Below are positions 45,067 to 54,256 of a stretch of 64,000 nucleotides of DNA, piece by piece (the stretch's first letter is position 1; every line of letters begins with the position of its first letter). Both the position numbers and the translations under genes were made by a program. Source of the DNA: Candidatus Lustribacter sp. (GTDB lineage Bacteria; Vulcanimicrobiota; Vulcanimicrobiia; Vulcanimicrobiales; Vulcanimicrobiaceae); assembly GCA_965277805.1 (NCBI GenBank), contig OZ255842.1, positions 2,944,001-3,008,000 of the forward strand, given 5' to 3'. The notes under the pieces were generated by a model. It saw only the letters and a program-made list of their open reading frames with translations. It had not been told where the DNA came from and made no database searches.

Positions 45067-46005
45067 TTAGCGGGGTGCAGCGGCGTTTTCGCGGGGCACG
45101 GCGTGGAGATCGGCGCTTTTTCCGGCCTTCATCACCATCCCCGATATGGTATGTCCAACGATTTCTTCGGCGAGCTTCGCGCACGCGATCAGCGCGTCGA
45201 TGTCCGCGTCTATCGAATATCCCATCTGGACCGCCATGTGCGCGAAGTCCTCCGTCGAGATATTCCCGACCGCGCGCGGCGCGAACGGGCAGCCGCCGAG
45301 CCCGCCGATCGAGCTTTCGAAATCACGCACCCCGAGTTCGAGTCCGGTCAGCGCGTTGGCGATGCCCAGACCGCGTGTGTTGTGCAGATGCAAACCGAAC
45401 GTCATCTGCGGGAAACGCGGCTTCAGCATTTCGAGCGCCGCCCGGATCTCGCGCGGGCTCGCCATGCCCGTCGTATCCGCGAGGTACGTGAGCTCGATGC
45501 CGAGCTCGCCGTAAACTTCGACGATGTAAGCAACGCGCTCGACGTCGACCGGCCCCGAATATGGGCAGCCGAAGGCCGTGCCGACCACACCCACTAACCG
45601 GCTCTTGCTGCCGGCGGCAAGCGATGCGATGTCGCGCAAGACGGCGAGGTTTTTCTCCAGCGGCATGCGCACGTTCAGCTCGTTGAATGCATCGCTCGCC
45701 GCGCTGCCGACTTTGAGATCGTTGACCTCGGCGGCGAGGGCTGCTTCGGCACCTTTGGCGTTGGGAACGAACGCGCCGAAGCGCGTGCCCGGACGGCGCG
45801 CGATCCCGCGCATCACCTCGATCGCGTCGCTCATCTGCGGTACGACCTTCGGATGAACGAAGCTCGCGGCTTCGACCCGCTTGAGGCCGGTCGCACTCAA
45901 GGCGTCGATCAGTTCGATCTTGCGCTCCGTCGGAATAAAGGCGGCTTCGGTTTGGATCCCGTCGCGCGCGCCGACCTCGCTGATCGTGATGTGCTCAAAC
46001 GGCAT
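45067..46005 (-). CDS. Hydroxymethylglutaryl-CoA lyase-like (DRE-TIM) acyl-CoA lyase
   Basis: EVGARDGIQTE, SFVHPKVVPQM, LADTTG, HLHNTRG, GGLGGCPFAP..GNISTED. Confidence 0.9.
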   Translation of the reverse strand: MPFEHITISEVGARDGIQTEAAFIPTERKIELIDALSATGLKRVEAASFVHPKVVPQMSDAIEVMRGIARRPGTRFGAFVPNAKGAEAALAAEVNDLKVGSAASDAFNELNVRMPLEKNLAVLRDIASLAAGSKSRLVGVVGTAFGCPYSGPVDVERVAYIVEVYGELGIELTYLADTTGMASPREIRAALEMLKPRFPQMTFGLHLHNTRGLGIANALTGLELGVRDFESSIGGLGGCPFAPRAVGNISTEDFAHMAVQMGYSIDADIDALIACAKLAEEIVGHTISGMVMKAGKSADLHAVPRENAAAPR

Positions 46006-46909
46006 GCGACGCTCCTCCGGGAAGCGCGGCGGCAACGGCCGTCGCGATATCGTCGAAGTGGTCGACCACGATCGCACCCGCATCGCGCAAATCGGCGCGC
46101 TTGTCTTCCGCCGATCCGCGGCCGGCCGAGATCACGGCGCCCGCGTGGCCGAAGCGCATGCCTTCGCGCGCGTAGCGACCGCCGATGTAGGCGATCAGCG
46201 GCTTCGTGAATCCGCCGCGGCGCAGCAAGTCGGCCGCACCTTCCTCGTTGCTGCCGCCGATCTCGCCGTAGCACACGACGGCCTTGGTCTCCGGATCGGC
46301 CTCAAACTTCTCGAGCAACGTCGCCCAGGTCGTGCCGATGAATCCGTCACCGCCGACGCCGACGGCCGTGCTCGTGCCGTAGCCCGCCTTCGTGAGATAA
46401 TACGCGATCGTCATCGTATTGCCGCCGCTGCGCGAGATGATGCCGATCGGACCGGGTTTGAACGCGGTGTTCATCATCTCGAGGCGTCCGCCGAGCCCGC
46501 CGAGCGTCGCCTTTCCGGGACTCAGCACCCCGGGACTATTCGGGCCGATGAAAAGACAGCCGCGTTCGCGCGCGAACGCGATCACGGCCATCGTATCTTG
46601 TTGCGGCACGCGCTCGGGCATGAAGTGGATCATTTTCACGCCCGCATCGATCGCTTCGAACGCGGCCTCCTTGGCCAACCGGGCCGGCACGAGAATGAAG
46701 CTCGCGTTGATCTCAGGATGATGTTCGCACGCTTCGCGCACCGTGTCGTACACCGGGATGCCCTGAAAGGATTCGCCGCGGCGTCCGGGCGTGACGCCCG
46801 CGCACACGACCGTGCCGGCTTGGACCATGAGCGCCGTGCGCAGGCGGCCTTCGCGCCCCGTCATGCCCTGCACGCAGACGCGCGTGTTCTCATCGATGAG
46901 GATCGCCAT
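45995..46909 (-). CDS. Succinyl-CoA synthetase alpha-like subunit (ADP-forming CoA ligase)
   Basis: VQGMTGREG, IGPNSPG, ISRSGG, GEIGG, MRFGHAGA (phospho-His). Confidence 0.9.
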   Translation of the reverse strand: MAILIDENTRVCVQGMTGREGRLRTALMVQAGTVVCAGVTPGRRGESFQGIPVYDTVREACEHHPEINASFILVPARLAKEAAFEAIDAGVKMIHFMPERVPQQDTMAVIAFARERGCLFIGPNSPGVLSPGKATLGGLGGRLEMMNTAFKPGPIGIISRSGGNTMTIAYYLTKAGYGTSTAVGVGGDGFIGTTWATLLEKFEADPETKAVVCYGEIGGSNEEGAADLLRRGGFTKPLIAYIGGRYAREGMRFGHAGAVISAGRGSAEDKRADLRDAGAIVVDHFDDIATAVAAALPGGASHAV

Positions 46910-46910
46910 G

Positions 46911-47240
46911 TTACCAGCCCCTTCCGGGCGCGTCGCCGGCGGCGCGCAGCGCGTCCAGGTAGGCATCGGTTTCCGGTGTCGGCAACACGAACGAAAGCGC
47001 GCCGAGGCCATCGGCTGCACACGCTAAGTCGCAAGCCAGGCACTCGATGCAGCCGCCCTTGGCGGCCCGGTCGGGCGAGATCGCCAACGCCGGCAAACCG
47101 TCTTCTCCGAGCTTGAGGGCCGAACCGAGATTCGGCACGTTGCATGCGCTCACGCACGCCTTCGTCGTGCAGCCGGTGCAGACGTCGAGATCGATCGTGA
47201 CGGTGCCGCCGGAAAAGACGTTCCACGCCAACGCGTTCAT
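46911..47240 (-). CDS. 4Fe-4S dicluster ferredoxin-like protein
   Basis: CTGCTTKACVSAC and CIECLACDLAC. Confidence 0.8.
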   Translation of the reverse strand: MNALAWNVFSGGTVTIDLDVCTGCTTKACVSACNVPNLGSALKLGEDGLPALAISPDRAAKGGCIECLACDLACAADGLGALSFVLPTPETDAYLDALRAAGDAPGRGW

Positions 47241-48511
47241 GCGACCGCCGTTCCGCGCTGCGAACGCCAGCACGCATGTAAGTCTTTGAAGGCTTCGGCG
47301 AGCTCCCGCTCGGTGGAATCCCGTCCCAACACGCGCACCCACGGATGCGCGCTCAGACCGTGCACGCGGAACAGCTCGATCGCCACGTCATCCCAGGCGC
47401 CGCGAAACGAAAAGACGCACGGGATCGTCGGCGCACCGCCGTGCGGCGCGAAGATCTCCTTGAACGCTTTGATCAGTCCGCGCGCCGTCACATCCAGTTG
47501 CTGGCTCGAAAGGCACGATGCGAAAACGTACCCTTCGATCAACGGCTGCGCCAGGATCGCCTTGGTGATGCGGTACAGCTTCGAGGCAGTCGGATTGCCG
47601 GAAGTATCGCAGAAGTTCATCGGCAGAAAACCCAGCGGCACGAGTTCGTCCATCACCGCCATGCTGACGCCGGTGCCGATGCCGTCGAATCCGATCGACA
47701 CCTTGCCCTGCGCTTTCGCGAGCGAACCATCCGGATCGATCTGCACGAAATGCGCCGAGCCGCGATGATCGTTCTCATCGATCTTCGCCGCCGCGAGTTC
47801 GAGCGCCGTCGGCAGCCGGTCACCGACCTCTTGGCTGCTCTCGATATTCAGCTCCGGATGACGAAACAGCGCGTCGTCGTCGACGGCGATGCGTGCGTCG
47901 AGCGCAACGAGTCCGTCCGCAGTTACAGCCAACGGATTGATTTCGGCCAACGTGCAATCGTAGCCGCTGTACACGTCGTAGAGCTTCGAGAGCACGCCCG
48001 CCAACGCGACCAGCACGGGCTCCGGGAGCGTCAGCGAACGCACGAGATCGAGGCACCAGTACACCGGCGCGCCGCGGCGCATGTCCACCGCGCCGCTGAC
48101 GGTCTCGCCTATGCCGGCAGCCGCCGCTTCTTCGATTTCAACGCCGCCGCTCGTCGACACGACCATGAGCGGCGCCCGCGCCATCGTATCCGATACGACT
48201 GCCACGTAGAGCTCGCGCTCGATCGTGCACTTCGCTTCGACGAGCAGCGTCTCGACGGTGCGTCCGTAGAGCGTACTGCCCAGCAGCGCAGCCGCTTTCG
48301 CTTCTGCCTCGGACGGATCATCGGCGAAGACGACGCCGCCCGCAAGTCCGCGTTTACCGGCCAAAATCTGGGCCTTCAGCACCACCGGTCCGCCGATCGT
48401 GCGAGCGGCTGCAGCAGCGCCGCTCGCGCCATCAACGGTTTGCCCCGCAGGCGTAACGATGCCCGCTCGCCGCAGGAGTTCTTTGCCCTGGTGCTCGGGT
48501 AGTTTTGCCAC
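47237..48511 (-). CDS. Succinyl-CoA synthetase beta-like subunit (ATP-grasp), divergent
   Basis: EHQGKELL, KAQILAGKRGLAGG, GGVEIEE, EINPL, DDDALFRHP. Confidence 0.88.
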   Translation of the reverse strand: MAKLPEHQGKELLRRAGIVTPAGQTVDGASGAAAAARTIGGPVVLKAQILAGKRGLAGGVVFADDPSEAEAKAAALLGSTLYGRTVETLLVEAKCTIERELYVAVVSDTMARAPLMVVSTSGGVEIEEAAAAGIGETVSGAVDMRRGAPVYWCLDLVRSLTLPEPVLVALAGVLSKLYDVYSGYDCTLAEINPLAVTADGLVALDARIAVDDDALFRHPELNIESSQEVGDRLPTALELAAAKIDENDHRGSAHFVQIDPDGSLAKAQGKVSIGFDGIGTGVSMAVMDELVPLGFLPMNFCDTSGNPTASKLYRITKAILAQPLIEGYVFASCLSSQQLDVTARGLIKAFKEIFAPHGGAPTIPCVFSFRGAWDDVAIELFRVHGLSAHPWVRVLGRDSTERELAEAFKDLHACWRSQRGTAVA

Positions 48512-48559
48512 GATGGCGCAAGCATACGAACATGGCCCCGGATCGGCCTTGCGTAGGCC

Positions 48560-48988
48560 TTAGCCGGCCTCGGCGAGGGCGAGAATTGCAGCCGCCTGCT
48601 CTGAAGTGAGCCGTTCGGTCAGGTGACGGCGAACGGCGACCGCATGAACCGGCCGTGCACGGTCGACCGCCTTGCGGCCGGCCGGGGAAATGACAACCCG
48701 CGAACCGCCTTCCGGCGTCTTCGAACGAGTCAACAGATTACGTGCTTGCATGCGCGTGAGTTGATGCGAGATGCGGCTCTTGTCCCAACCCATGGCGATC
48801 GCCAACTCGCGCTGGCGCAATTGCCCATTGCCGAGATCGATAAGGCGCGAAAGCACCCCGTAATCGGCGGCAGAAAGACCGGTCGCTTCGGCAACGTCGT
48901 GACCGACCTGGGAGAAAACGGTTTCGCTAAAACGCTCCCAGGCGTGCCAGAGCCGGAGTTCGCGTGGTGTCAGCGGCTTGGTTGACAT
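48560..48988 (-). CDS. MarR family transcriptional regulator
   Basis: GLSAADYGVLSRL, ELAIAMGWDKSRISHQLTRM, ISPAGR. Confidence 0.9.
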   Translation of the reverse strand: MSTKPLTPRELRLWHAWERFSETVFSQVGHDVAEATGLSAADYGVLSRLIDLGNGQLRQRELAIAMGWDKSRISHQLTRMQARNLLTRSKTPEGGSRVVISPAGRKAVDRARPVHAVAVRRHLTERLTSEQAAAILALAEAG

Positions 48989-49028
48989 GACAACCGCAGT
49001 ATGACACAATGAAGTTGACATGACAACC
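48981..49028. promoter_or_regulatory. Two identical near-palindromic operators with nested divergent sigma70 promoters
   Basis: GTTGACATGACAACC at 48981-48995 and 49014-49028. Plus strand TTGACA-N17-CACAAT; minus strand TTGTCA-N17-CATACT. Confidence 0.8.
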
Positions 49029-49733
49029 CCCACGGTAACCACTGTCCAGAAAGACGTCCTCATTCTCGGAGCTTCGCGCGGGCTCGGCCTGGCAATCGCG
49101 GAGAACTATCTCGAGCGTGGAGCGCACGTCGTCGCTACCGAGCGCGCCGGATCGCACTCGAAGCTGCACGACCTCCTCACGCATTCGGAAGGACGGCTCG
49201 AAATCGAGACCGTCGACGTTACCGTGCCGGAGCAAGTGACGGCGTTGCGCACGCGCCTGCAAGGCCGCACCTTCGACCTCGTCTTCGTGAACGCCGGCGT
49301 CAAAAACGACGATCGCGAGACGATTGCGGACGTCTCGACCGAAGAGTTCGTCCGCGTCATGGTAACCAATGCGTTGAGCCCGTTACGCGTAATTGAGACC
49401 TTCCAGGATCTCGTGCGTCCCAATGGGACGATCGGTGTGATGACGTCGGGTCAAGGGAGCGTGTCCAATAATACCAACGGCGGCTATGAAGTGTATCGCG
49501 CGAGCAAAGCCGCGTTGAACACGCTGATGCGCAGTTTTGCCGCCCGTCATGCCGGCGACGGGCGCACGCTGCTCCTGATGGCGCCGGGCTGGGTGAAAAC
49601 CGATATGGGCGGGGCGGAAGCGACGTTCACCGTCGATGAGAGCATTCCGAAGCTCGTCAGCACGATCGACGCGCAGCACGGAAAGCCGGGGCTGCAGTAT
49701 CTCGACTATCAGGGACGTACGGTTCCGTGGTGA
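49020..49733 (+). CDS. SDR oxidoreductase (CsgA-like)
   Basis: GASRGLG, NAG, YRASK, PGWVKTDMGG. Confidence 0.92.
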   Translation: MTTPTVTTVQKDVLILGASRGLGLAIAENYLERGAHVVATERAGSHSKLHDLLTHSEGRLEIETVDVTVPEQVTALRTRLQGRTFDLVFVNAGVKNDDRETIADVSTEEFVRVMVTNALSPLRVIETFQDLVRPNGTIGVMTSGQGSVSNNTNGGYEVYRASKAALNTLMRSFAARHAGDGRTLLLMAPGWVKTDMGGAEATFTVDESIPKLVSTIDAQHGKPGLQYLDYQGRTVPW

Positions 49734-49738
49734 TAACA

Positions 49739-50290
49739 TTATGGGATCATTGCGGCTAGTTCGGCGGCCATAGTGGTGATGTCGGCGACGAACGGGGCTA
49801 GGGCTTCTTCGATCGCGATGAACTTTTTCTCGCTGTCGAGTTGGGTGACGTTGGTGTTTAGGGCCGGGTTCGTGGTGGTGTTGCGCATGTGGAGGCCCTG
49901 CAGCACGGTTTGCATCTGAGCCGCGGCACGGCCGCCGCCTTTCGTACCGTAGGTGACGAGCGCCGCCGGCTTGTTCGCCCATTCGGCGTATAAGAAGTCG
50001 AGCGCGTTCTTCAATACGGCCGGGTAACCCCAGTTGTACTGGGGGAACACGAACACGAACGCATCGTAGGAAGCGACGAGGCGGCTCCAGCGCTTCGTGT
50101 GTTCGTGCACGTAAACGCCGCGGGCTGCGAGTTCCGGTTCGTCGAGGAACGGCAGCGCGATTTCGCGCAGGTCCACGATCTCGAACGTCAGCGCGCTATC
50201 GCGTTGTGCGTTCTCGCGCACCCATTCGGCGATCTCGGGACAAATGCGCTGCGGGCGGTTGCTGCCGACCACGACGGCGACGCGAGGCAT
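49739..50290 (-). CDS. NADPH-dependent FMN reductase
   Basis: VVGSNRP, PQYNWGYPAVLKNALD, WANKP. Confidence 0.9.
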   Translation of the reverse strand: MPRVAVVVGSNRPQRICPEIAEWVRENAQRDSALTFEIVDLREIALPFLDEPELAARGVYVHEHTKRWSRLVASYDAFVFVFPQYNWGYPAVLKNALDFLYAEWANKPAALVTYGTKGGGRAAAQMQTVLQGLHMRNTTTNPALNTNVTQLDSEKKFIAIEEALAPFVADITTMAAELAAMIP

Positions 50291-50302
50291 ACGATCCAAT
50301 CG

Positions 50303-50587
50303 CTAGCCGGCGAGCCCGTCGATCGTTTGCGCGAGGGCGAAGTCGCGGTCGGTCAGACCCTTGGCGTCGTGCGAGGAGAGGCGCACGGTGACGCTGTTCC
50401 ACGAGATCGCGATGTCGGGGTGATGGTCGGCGGCGTTGGCGGCACCAGCGACCGCGTTGACGAACGCGATCGACCCGTTGAAGTTGCCGCGATCGAACAC
50501 GCGCACGATCTCCTCGCCTTCGCGCTTCCAGCCCGGCAGCGCGGCGAGTTTGCGCACGATGGCATCTTCAGGTAAGGGCTGCGGCAT
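50303..50587 (-). CDS. phhB: 4a-hydroxytetrahydrobiopterin dehydratase
   Basis: LPGW, ADHHPDI, SHDAKGLTDRDFALA. Confidence 0.9.
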   Translation of the reverse strand: MPQPLPEDAIVRKLAALPGWKREGEEIVRVFDRGNFNGSIAFVNAVAGAANAADHHPDIAISWNSVTVRLSSHDAKGLTDRDFALAQTIDGLAG

Positions 50588-51866
50588 GAGCGACCTCCAG
50601 GAGCCCGCGCGATTCGAGGGCTTCGAACGACTCGCCGATCGCGGCGACGGTCTCGTCGATGTCGGCATCGCTGTGTTCGGTGCAGAGGAACATGACCTCG
50701 TTTTGCGAGGGCGGCAAAAGGATGCCGCGTTCGCGCATCTCGTGATAGTAGGCCGCATACGTGGTCCGGTTTGCCGCCCGCGCGTCGTCGTAGTTGCGGT
50801 TCGGGCCGCCGCGGCGAAACTTGAAGTCGACGATGCTTTCGAGCTGCGTGACGGCGATGTCGCAGCCGCGCTCGCCGACCACGGCACGAATGCCGTTCGC
50901 GAGGCGCTGTGCGCGGCGGTCCATGGCCGAGTACGCGTCGGGATGCTGTTCGAGCCGGTCGAGCACGCGCAGCCCCAGCGCGACGGCGAAAGGATTGCCG
51001 GCGTGCGTTCCGCCGGTGAAGCACGGTCCATCGGGCGCCAGCACCGCCATCACGTCGGCGCGGCCGCCGAACGCCGCGATCGGAAAGCCGCCGCCGAGGA
51101 TCTTGCCGATCGTCGTGAGATCCGGAACGATTCCGTTGCGTCCTTGCGCGCCGCCGAGACCCAGCCGCAGCCACGTGATCACCTCATCGAAGATCAGCAG
51201 CGCCTTGTGCTCGCGCGCGCGCCTCTGCAAGCCTTCCAGAAAGCCGGCGTCGGGAACGACCAGACCCATGTTGCCGACCACCGGTTCGACCACGATCGCC
51301 GCGAGACGATCGCCGCAACGCGCGAGGTGCGCGTCGACGTCGTCGAGATCGTTGTAGCGCGCGACGGCGAGATCGTGCGTGACGGCGCGCGGGATCCCCG
51401 ACCGTTGCGGCGTGTCGGTGTGCGCCGAGGCCCCGGCGTCTTGGAGCGCGAGATCGAAGTGGCCGTGGTAATTTCCGGCAAACTTTAAGATCACATCGCG
51501 CCCGGTGAACGCGCGCGCGACCCGGATCGCGCTTTGCACGGCTTCGCTGCCGGTCGTCGTGAAACGCAGCCGTTCCATCGACGGCAGATGGCCGCGGATG
51601 CGCTCGGCCAGCAGCAGCTCGTCCGGATGCGTCGAGCCGGTAACGGCTCCGCGCTGCGCGATGACGTCGAGGCCGGTCGAAAGCGCCGGATGGCCGTGCC
51701 CGAACAAGAGCGGGCCGTACGCCATCACGTAGTCGATCGTCCTCGTTCCGGCGGCGTCGTAACTGTACGCCCCCGCGCCGCGCACCGCAACGTACGGCGC
51801 GCCGCCGACGGCCCAGCCCGTGCGGACCGGCGAACTCGCACCGCCGGCCAGAGCCGGGGCTGTCAC
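50568..51866 (-). CDS. hemL: Glutamate-1-semialdehyde aminomutase-like class III aminotransferase
   Basis: GGASSPVR, YHGHFD, EPVVGNMG, IFDEVIT, GKILGGGFP, GTHAGNP. N-terminal helix is missing, so it may be a paralog. Confidence 0.75.
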   Translation of the reverse strand: MTAPALAGGASSPVRTGWAVGGAPYVAVRGAGAYSYDAAGTRTIDYVMAYGPLLFGHGHPALSTGLDVIAQRGAVTGSTHPDELLLAERIRGHLPSMERLRFTTTGSEAVQSAIRVARAFTGRDVILKFAGNYHGHFDLALQDAGASAHTDTPQRSGIPRAVTHDLAVARYNDLDDVDAHLARCGDRLAAIVVEPVVGNMGLVVPDAGFLEGLQRRAREHKALLIFDEVITWLRLGLGGAQGRNGIVPDLTTIGKILGGGFPIAAFGGRADVMAVLAPDGPCFTGGTHAGNPFAVALGLRVLDRLEQHPDAYSAMDRRAQRLANGIRAVVGERGCDIAVTQLESIVDFKFRRGGPNRNYDDARAANRTTYAAYYHEMRERGILLPPSQNEVMFLCTEHSDADIDETVAAIGESFEALESRGLLEVAHAAALT

Positions 51867-53044
51867 TTCACGTGGCCGCCGCGTTTGCTGACGTCGTTGA
51901 ACGTGTCTTTGGCCGGATCGTAGCGCACCATCACGACGCCGTTTTCACCGATACCGTGTTGCGTGCCGTCGCGGAAGTCATAGATGCCGTTGATCCCGGC
52001 GAATCCGTGCAGCGCGTTGATGTACTCGCGAAATTGCGCCGCGGTCGCGTTGTTGCCGAGGTGGCGATACGCATCGATGATGATCATCGCGGGATCCCAT
52101 GACAGCGTGTTCGGGAAGTTCGGGATTAAGTTGGCTTCTTTGAAGGCGCTGTAGAATACGTCGATCGCATCTTTCACCGGGCCCTTGGACAAACCGCCGC
52201 GACCGAACGCCAGCACCGCGCTGAACAGCAGTTCTTTGGGCATGAAGCCCTTATAGCCGTTGAGTTGCTCGACGATCATGTCGCCGTTGCTCGCATAGAC
52301 CGGGACGTCGAGCCCGGAGTCGACGATGCCGTGGAGTTCCGTACCGAAGCCCGAACCGACCGAGAACGTCAAGAGCGCCTGCGGATTGGCCGCCTTGATG
52401 CGCGACATTTGCGCACCGATGCTGACGTCGGTGAGGCCGAAGTGTTCCTGCGCAACGAAATCGACGTCGCGGTTCTCCGGCAGCGTCTTCGCGTGCGCCC
52501 AATCCCGGTCGGCTTCTTGGCCCGTTGCATCGGTCGACGATAGGATCGCCAAACGCTTGAAACCCCGTTCGCGCAAGTAACGCACGGCAACGTCGTTGAG
52601 ATCCTTGGCGCTGATGCTCGTCGACCAGATGTAGCCGCCGGCCGGCGGATTGATCGCGGGGCTCAGGCAGTAGTCGGCGGGACCGTTCGCTTGAAAGAGC
52701 GGCGCGACGGCCAGACACTGCTGCGTGAGCGTCGGCCCGATGACGATCGGGGCCTTCGAGGCGATAACTTGGTTCGCGAGCTGGACGACGGTCTGCGGAT
52801 TCGTTCCATCATCCAGATATTCGAAATGCAAGGGACGGTGGTTGATCCCGCCGTGCTGGTTGACGAGCTTCTCGATGAGCACGAGCGACTGCTGATCGCT
52901 CTTGCCGATGAACGAGGCGGCACCGGTAAGGGAGATGAGGACCGGGATGACCACCGGCGCCTGCGCCTGCGCGCGCAGCGGCACGGGCAGCGTTGCCAGC
53001 AGAACGGCTGCAGCCGCGAGCGAGATCACGGAACGGATACGCAC
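51863..53044 (-). CDS. Branched-chain-type ABC substrate-binding protein
   Basis: Signal peptide; SLTGAASFIG, NQHGGINHRPL, DDGTNP. Confidence 0.88.
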   Translation of the reverse strand: MRIRSVISLAAAAVLLATLPVPLRAQAQAPVVIPVLISLTGAASFIGKSDQQSLVLIEKLVNQHGGINHRPLHFEYLDDGTNPQTVVQLANQVIASKAPIVIGPTLTQQCLAVAPLFQANGPADYCLSPAINPPAGGYIWSTSISAKDLNDVAVRYLRERGFKRLAILSSTDATGQEADRDWAHAKTLPENRDVDFVAQEHFGLTDVSIGAQMSRIKAANPQALLTFSVGSGFGTELHGIVDSGLDVPVYASNGDMIVEQLNGYKGFMPKELLFSAVLAFGRGGLSKGPVKDAIDVFYSAFKEANLIPNFPNTLSWDPAMIIIDAYRHLGNNATAAQFREYINALHGFAGINGIYDFRDGTQHGIGENGVVMVRYDPAKDTFNDVSKRGGHVK

Positions 53045-53072
53045 GGATACCTCCAGCTTCAGAGTTCGACGG

Positions 53073-54248
53073 TTAGACGCGCTCGAAAATCGTCGCTATC
53101 CCTTGACCGACCCCGATACACATCGTCGCGAGGGCGTATCGTCCCTTGCGGCGGCGCAATTCATGCAGCACCGTTCCGGCGAGCCGCGCGCCGCTGCACC
53201 CGAGCGGGTGCCCGAGCGCGATCGCGCCGCCGTTGACGTTGGTCTTGGCCGGGTCCATCTTCAGATCGCGCATGCACGCGATGCTCTGCGACGCAAACGC
53301 CTCGTTGATCTCGTAGAGGTCGATGTCGCCGATCGTGAGACCAGCCCGCGCGAGCGCCTTTTGCGTCGCCGGAATCGGCCCCAGGCCCATGTACGCCGGA
53401 TCGACGCCGGCCACGGCCGAGGTCACCACGCGCCCCAGCGGCTCCCAACCGTTCTTCGCCGCCACATCGGCCGAACACAACAGCAGTGCCGCCGCGCCGT
53501 CGTTGATACCCGACGAATTACCGGCCGTCACGGTGCCCGTTTTCTTGAAGGCCGGCTTGAGCTTCGCGAGATCTTCGATCGTCGTTTGCGGACGCGGATG
53601 TTCGTCGGCGGCGAGCTGCGGCAATACGACGATCTCCGCCGCGAACGCGCCGCGCTCGACCGCCGACTTCGTTTTCTGCTGCGAGGCCAGCGCAAACGCG
53701 TCTTGCTCTTCGCGCGTGATCTTATATTGATCGGCGACGTTCTCGGCCGTCTCGCCCATCGAAACCGTGTACTCCACCGGCATGTTGGGGTTGACCATGC
53801 GCCACCCGAGCGTGGTGTCGAACATCTTGGGCGAGCGGTCGTAGACCTTGTCGGCCTTCGGCATCACGTACGGCGCGCGGGTCATCGATTCGACGCCGCC
53901 GGCGATCATGATGTCGCCGCAGCCGCTCGCGATCGCCTGTGCCGCCGAGTTGACGGCTTGCAAACCGCTCGCGCACAAGCGAGTGACCGTGGTCCCGGGA
54001 ACCGTGATCGGCAACCCCGCCAAGAGCGAGGCCATACGGGCGACGTTGCGGTTGTCTTCGCCGGCTTGATTCGCCGCGCCCCAGAACACGTCGTCGATGC
54101 GGTCGGGGTCGACCTTCGTGCGCGCGACGAGTTCGCGAATCGTGAACGCGGCGAGGTCGTCGGCGCGGACCGTGGCCAGCGCGCCGCCCCAGCGACCGAT
54201 CGGGGTTCGTAACGCGTCGACGACGACGACTTCACGCAATTCTGCCAT
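53073..54248 (-). CDS. Acetyl-CoA C-acyltransferase (PcaF/PaaJ-like thiolase)
   Basis: NQAGEDNRNVARM, RLCASG, NEAFA, GHPLGCSG, CIGVGQG. Confidence 0.93.
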   Translation of the reverse strand: MAELREVVVVDALRTPIGRWGGALATVRADDLAAFTIRELVARTKVDPDRIDDVFWGAANQAGEDNRNVARMASLLAGLPITVPGTTVTRLCASGLQAVNSAAQAIASGCGDIMIAGGVESMTRAPYVMPKADKVYDRSPKMFDTTLGWRMVNPNMPVEYTVSMGETAENVADQYKITREEQDAFALASQQKTKSAVERGAFAAEIVVLPQLAADEHPRPQTTIEDLAKLKPAFKKTGTVTAGNSSGINDGAAALLLCSADVAAKNGWEPLGRVVTSAVAGVDPAYMGLGPIPATQKALARAGLTIGDIDLYEINEAFASQSIACMRDLKMDPAKTNVNGGAIALGHPLGCSGARLAGTVLHELRRRKGRYALATMCIGVGQGIATIFERV

Positions 54249-54256
54249 GCTGGATG

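Noticed and set aside
45995-48511. Assignment as canonical TCA sucCD
   Set aside because: Divergent substrate-side motifs and the ferredoxin/lyase context; gene symbols withheld.
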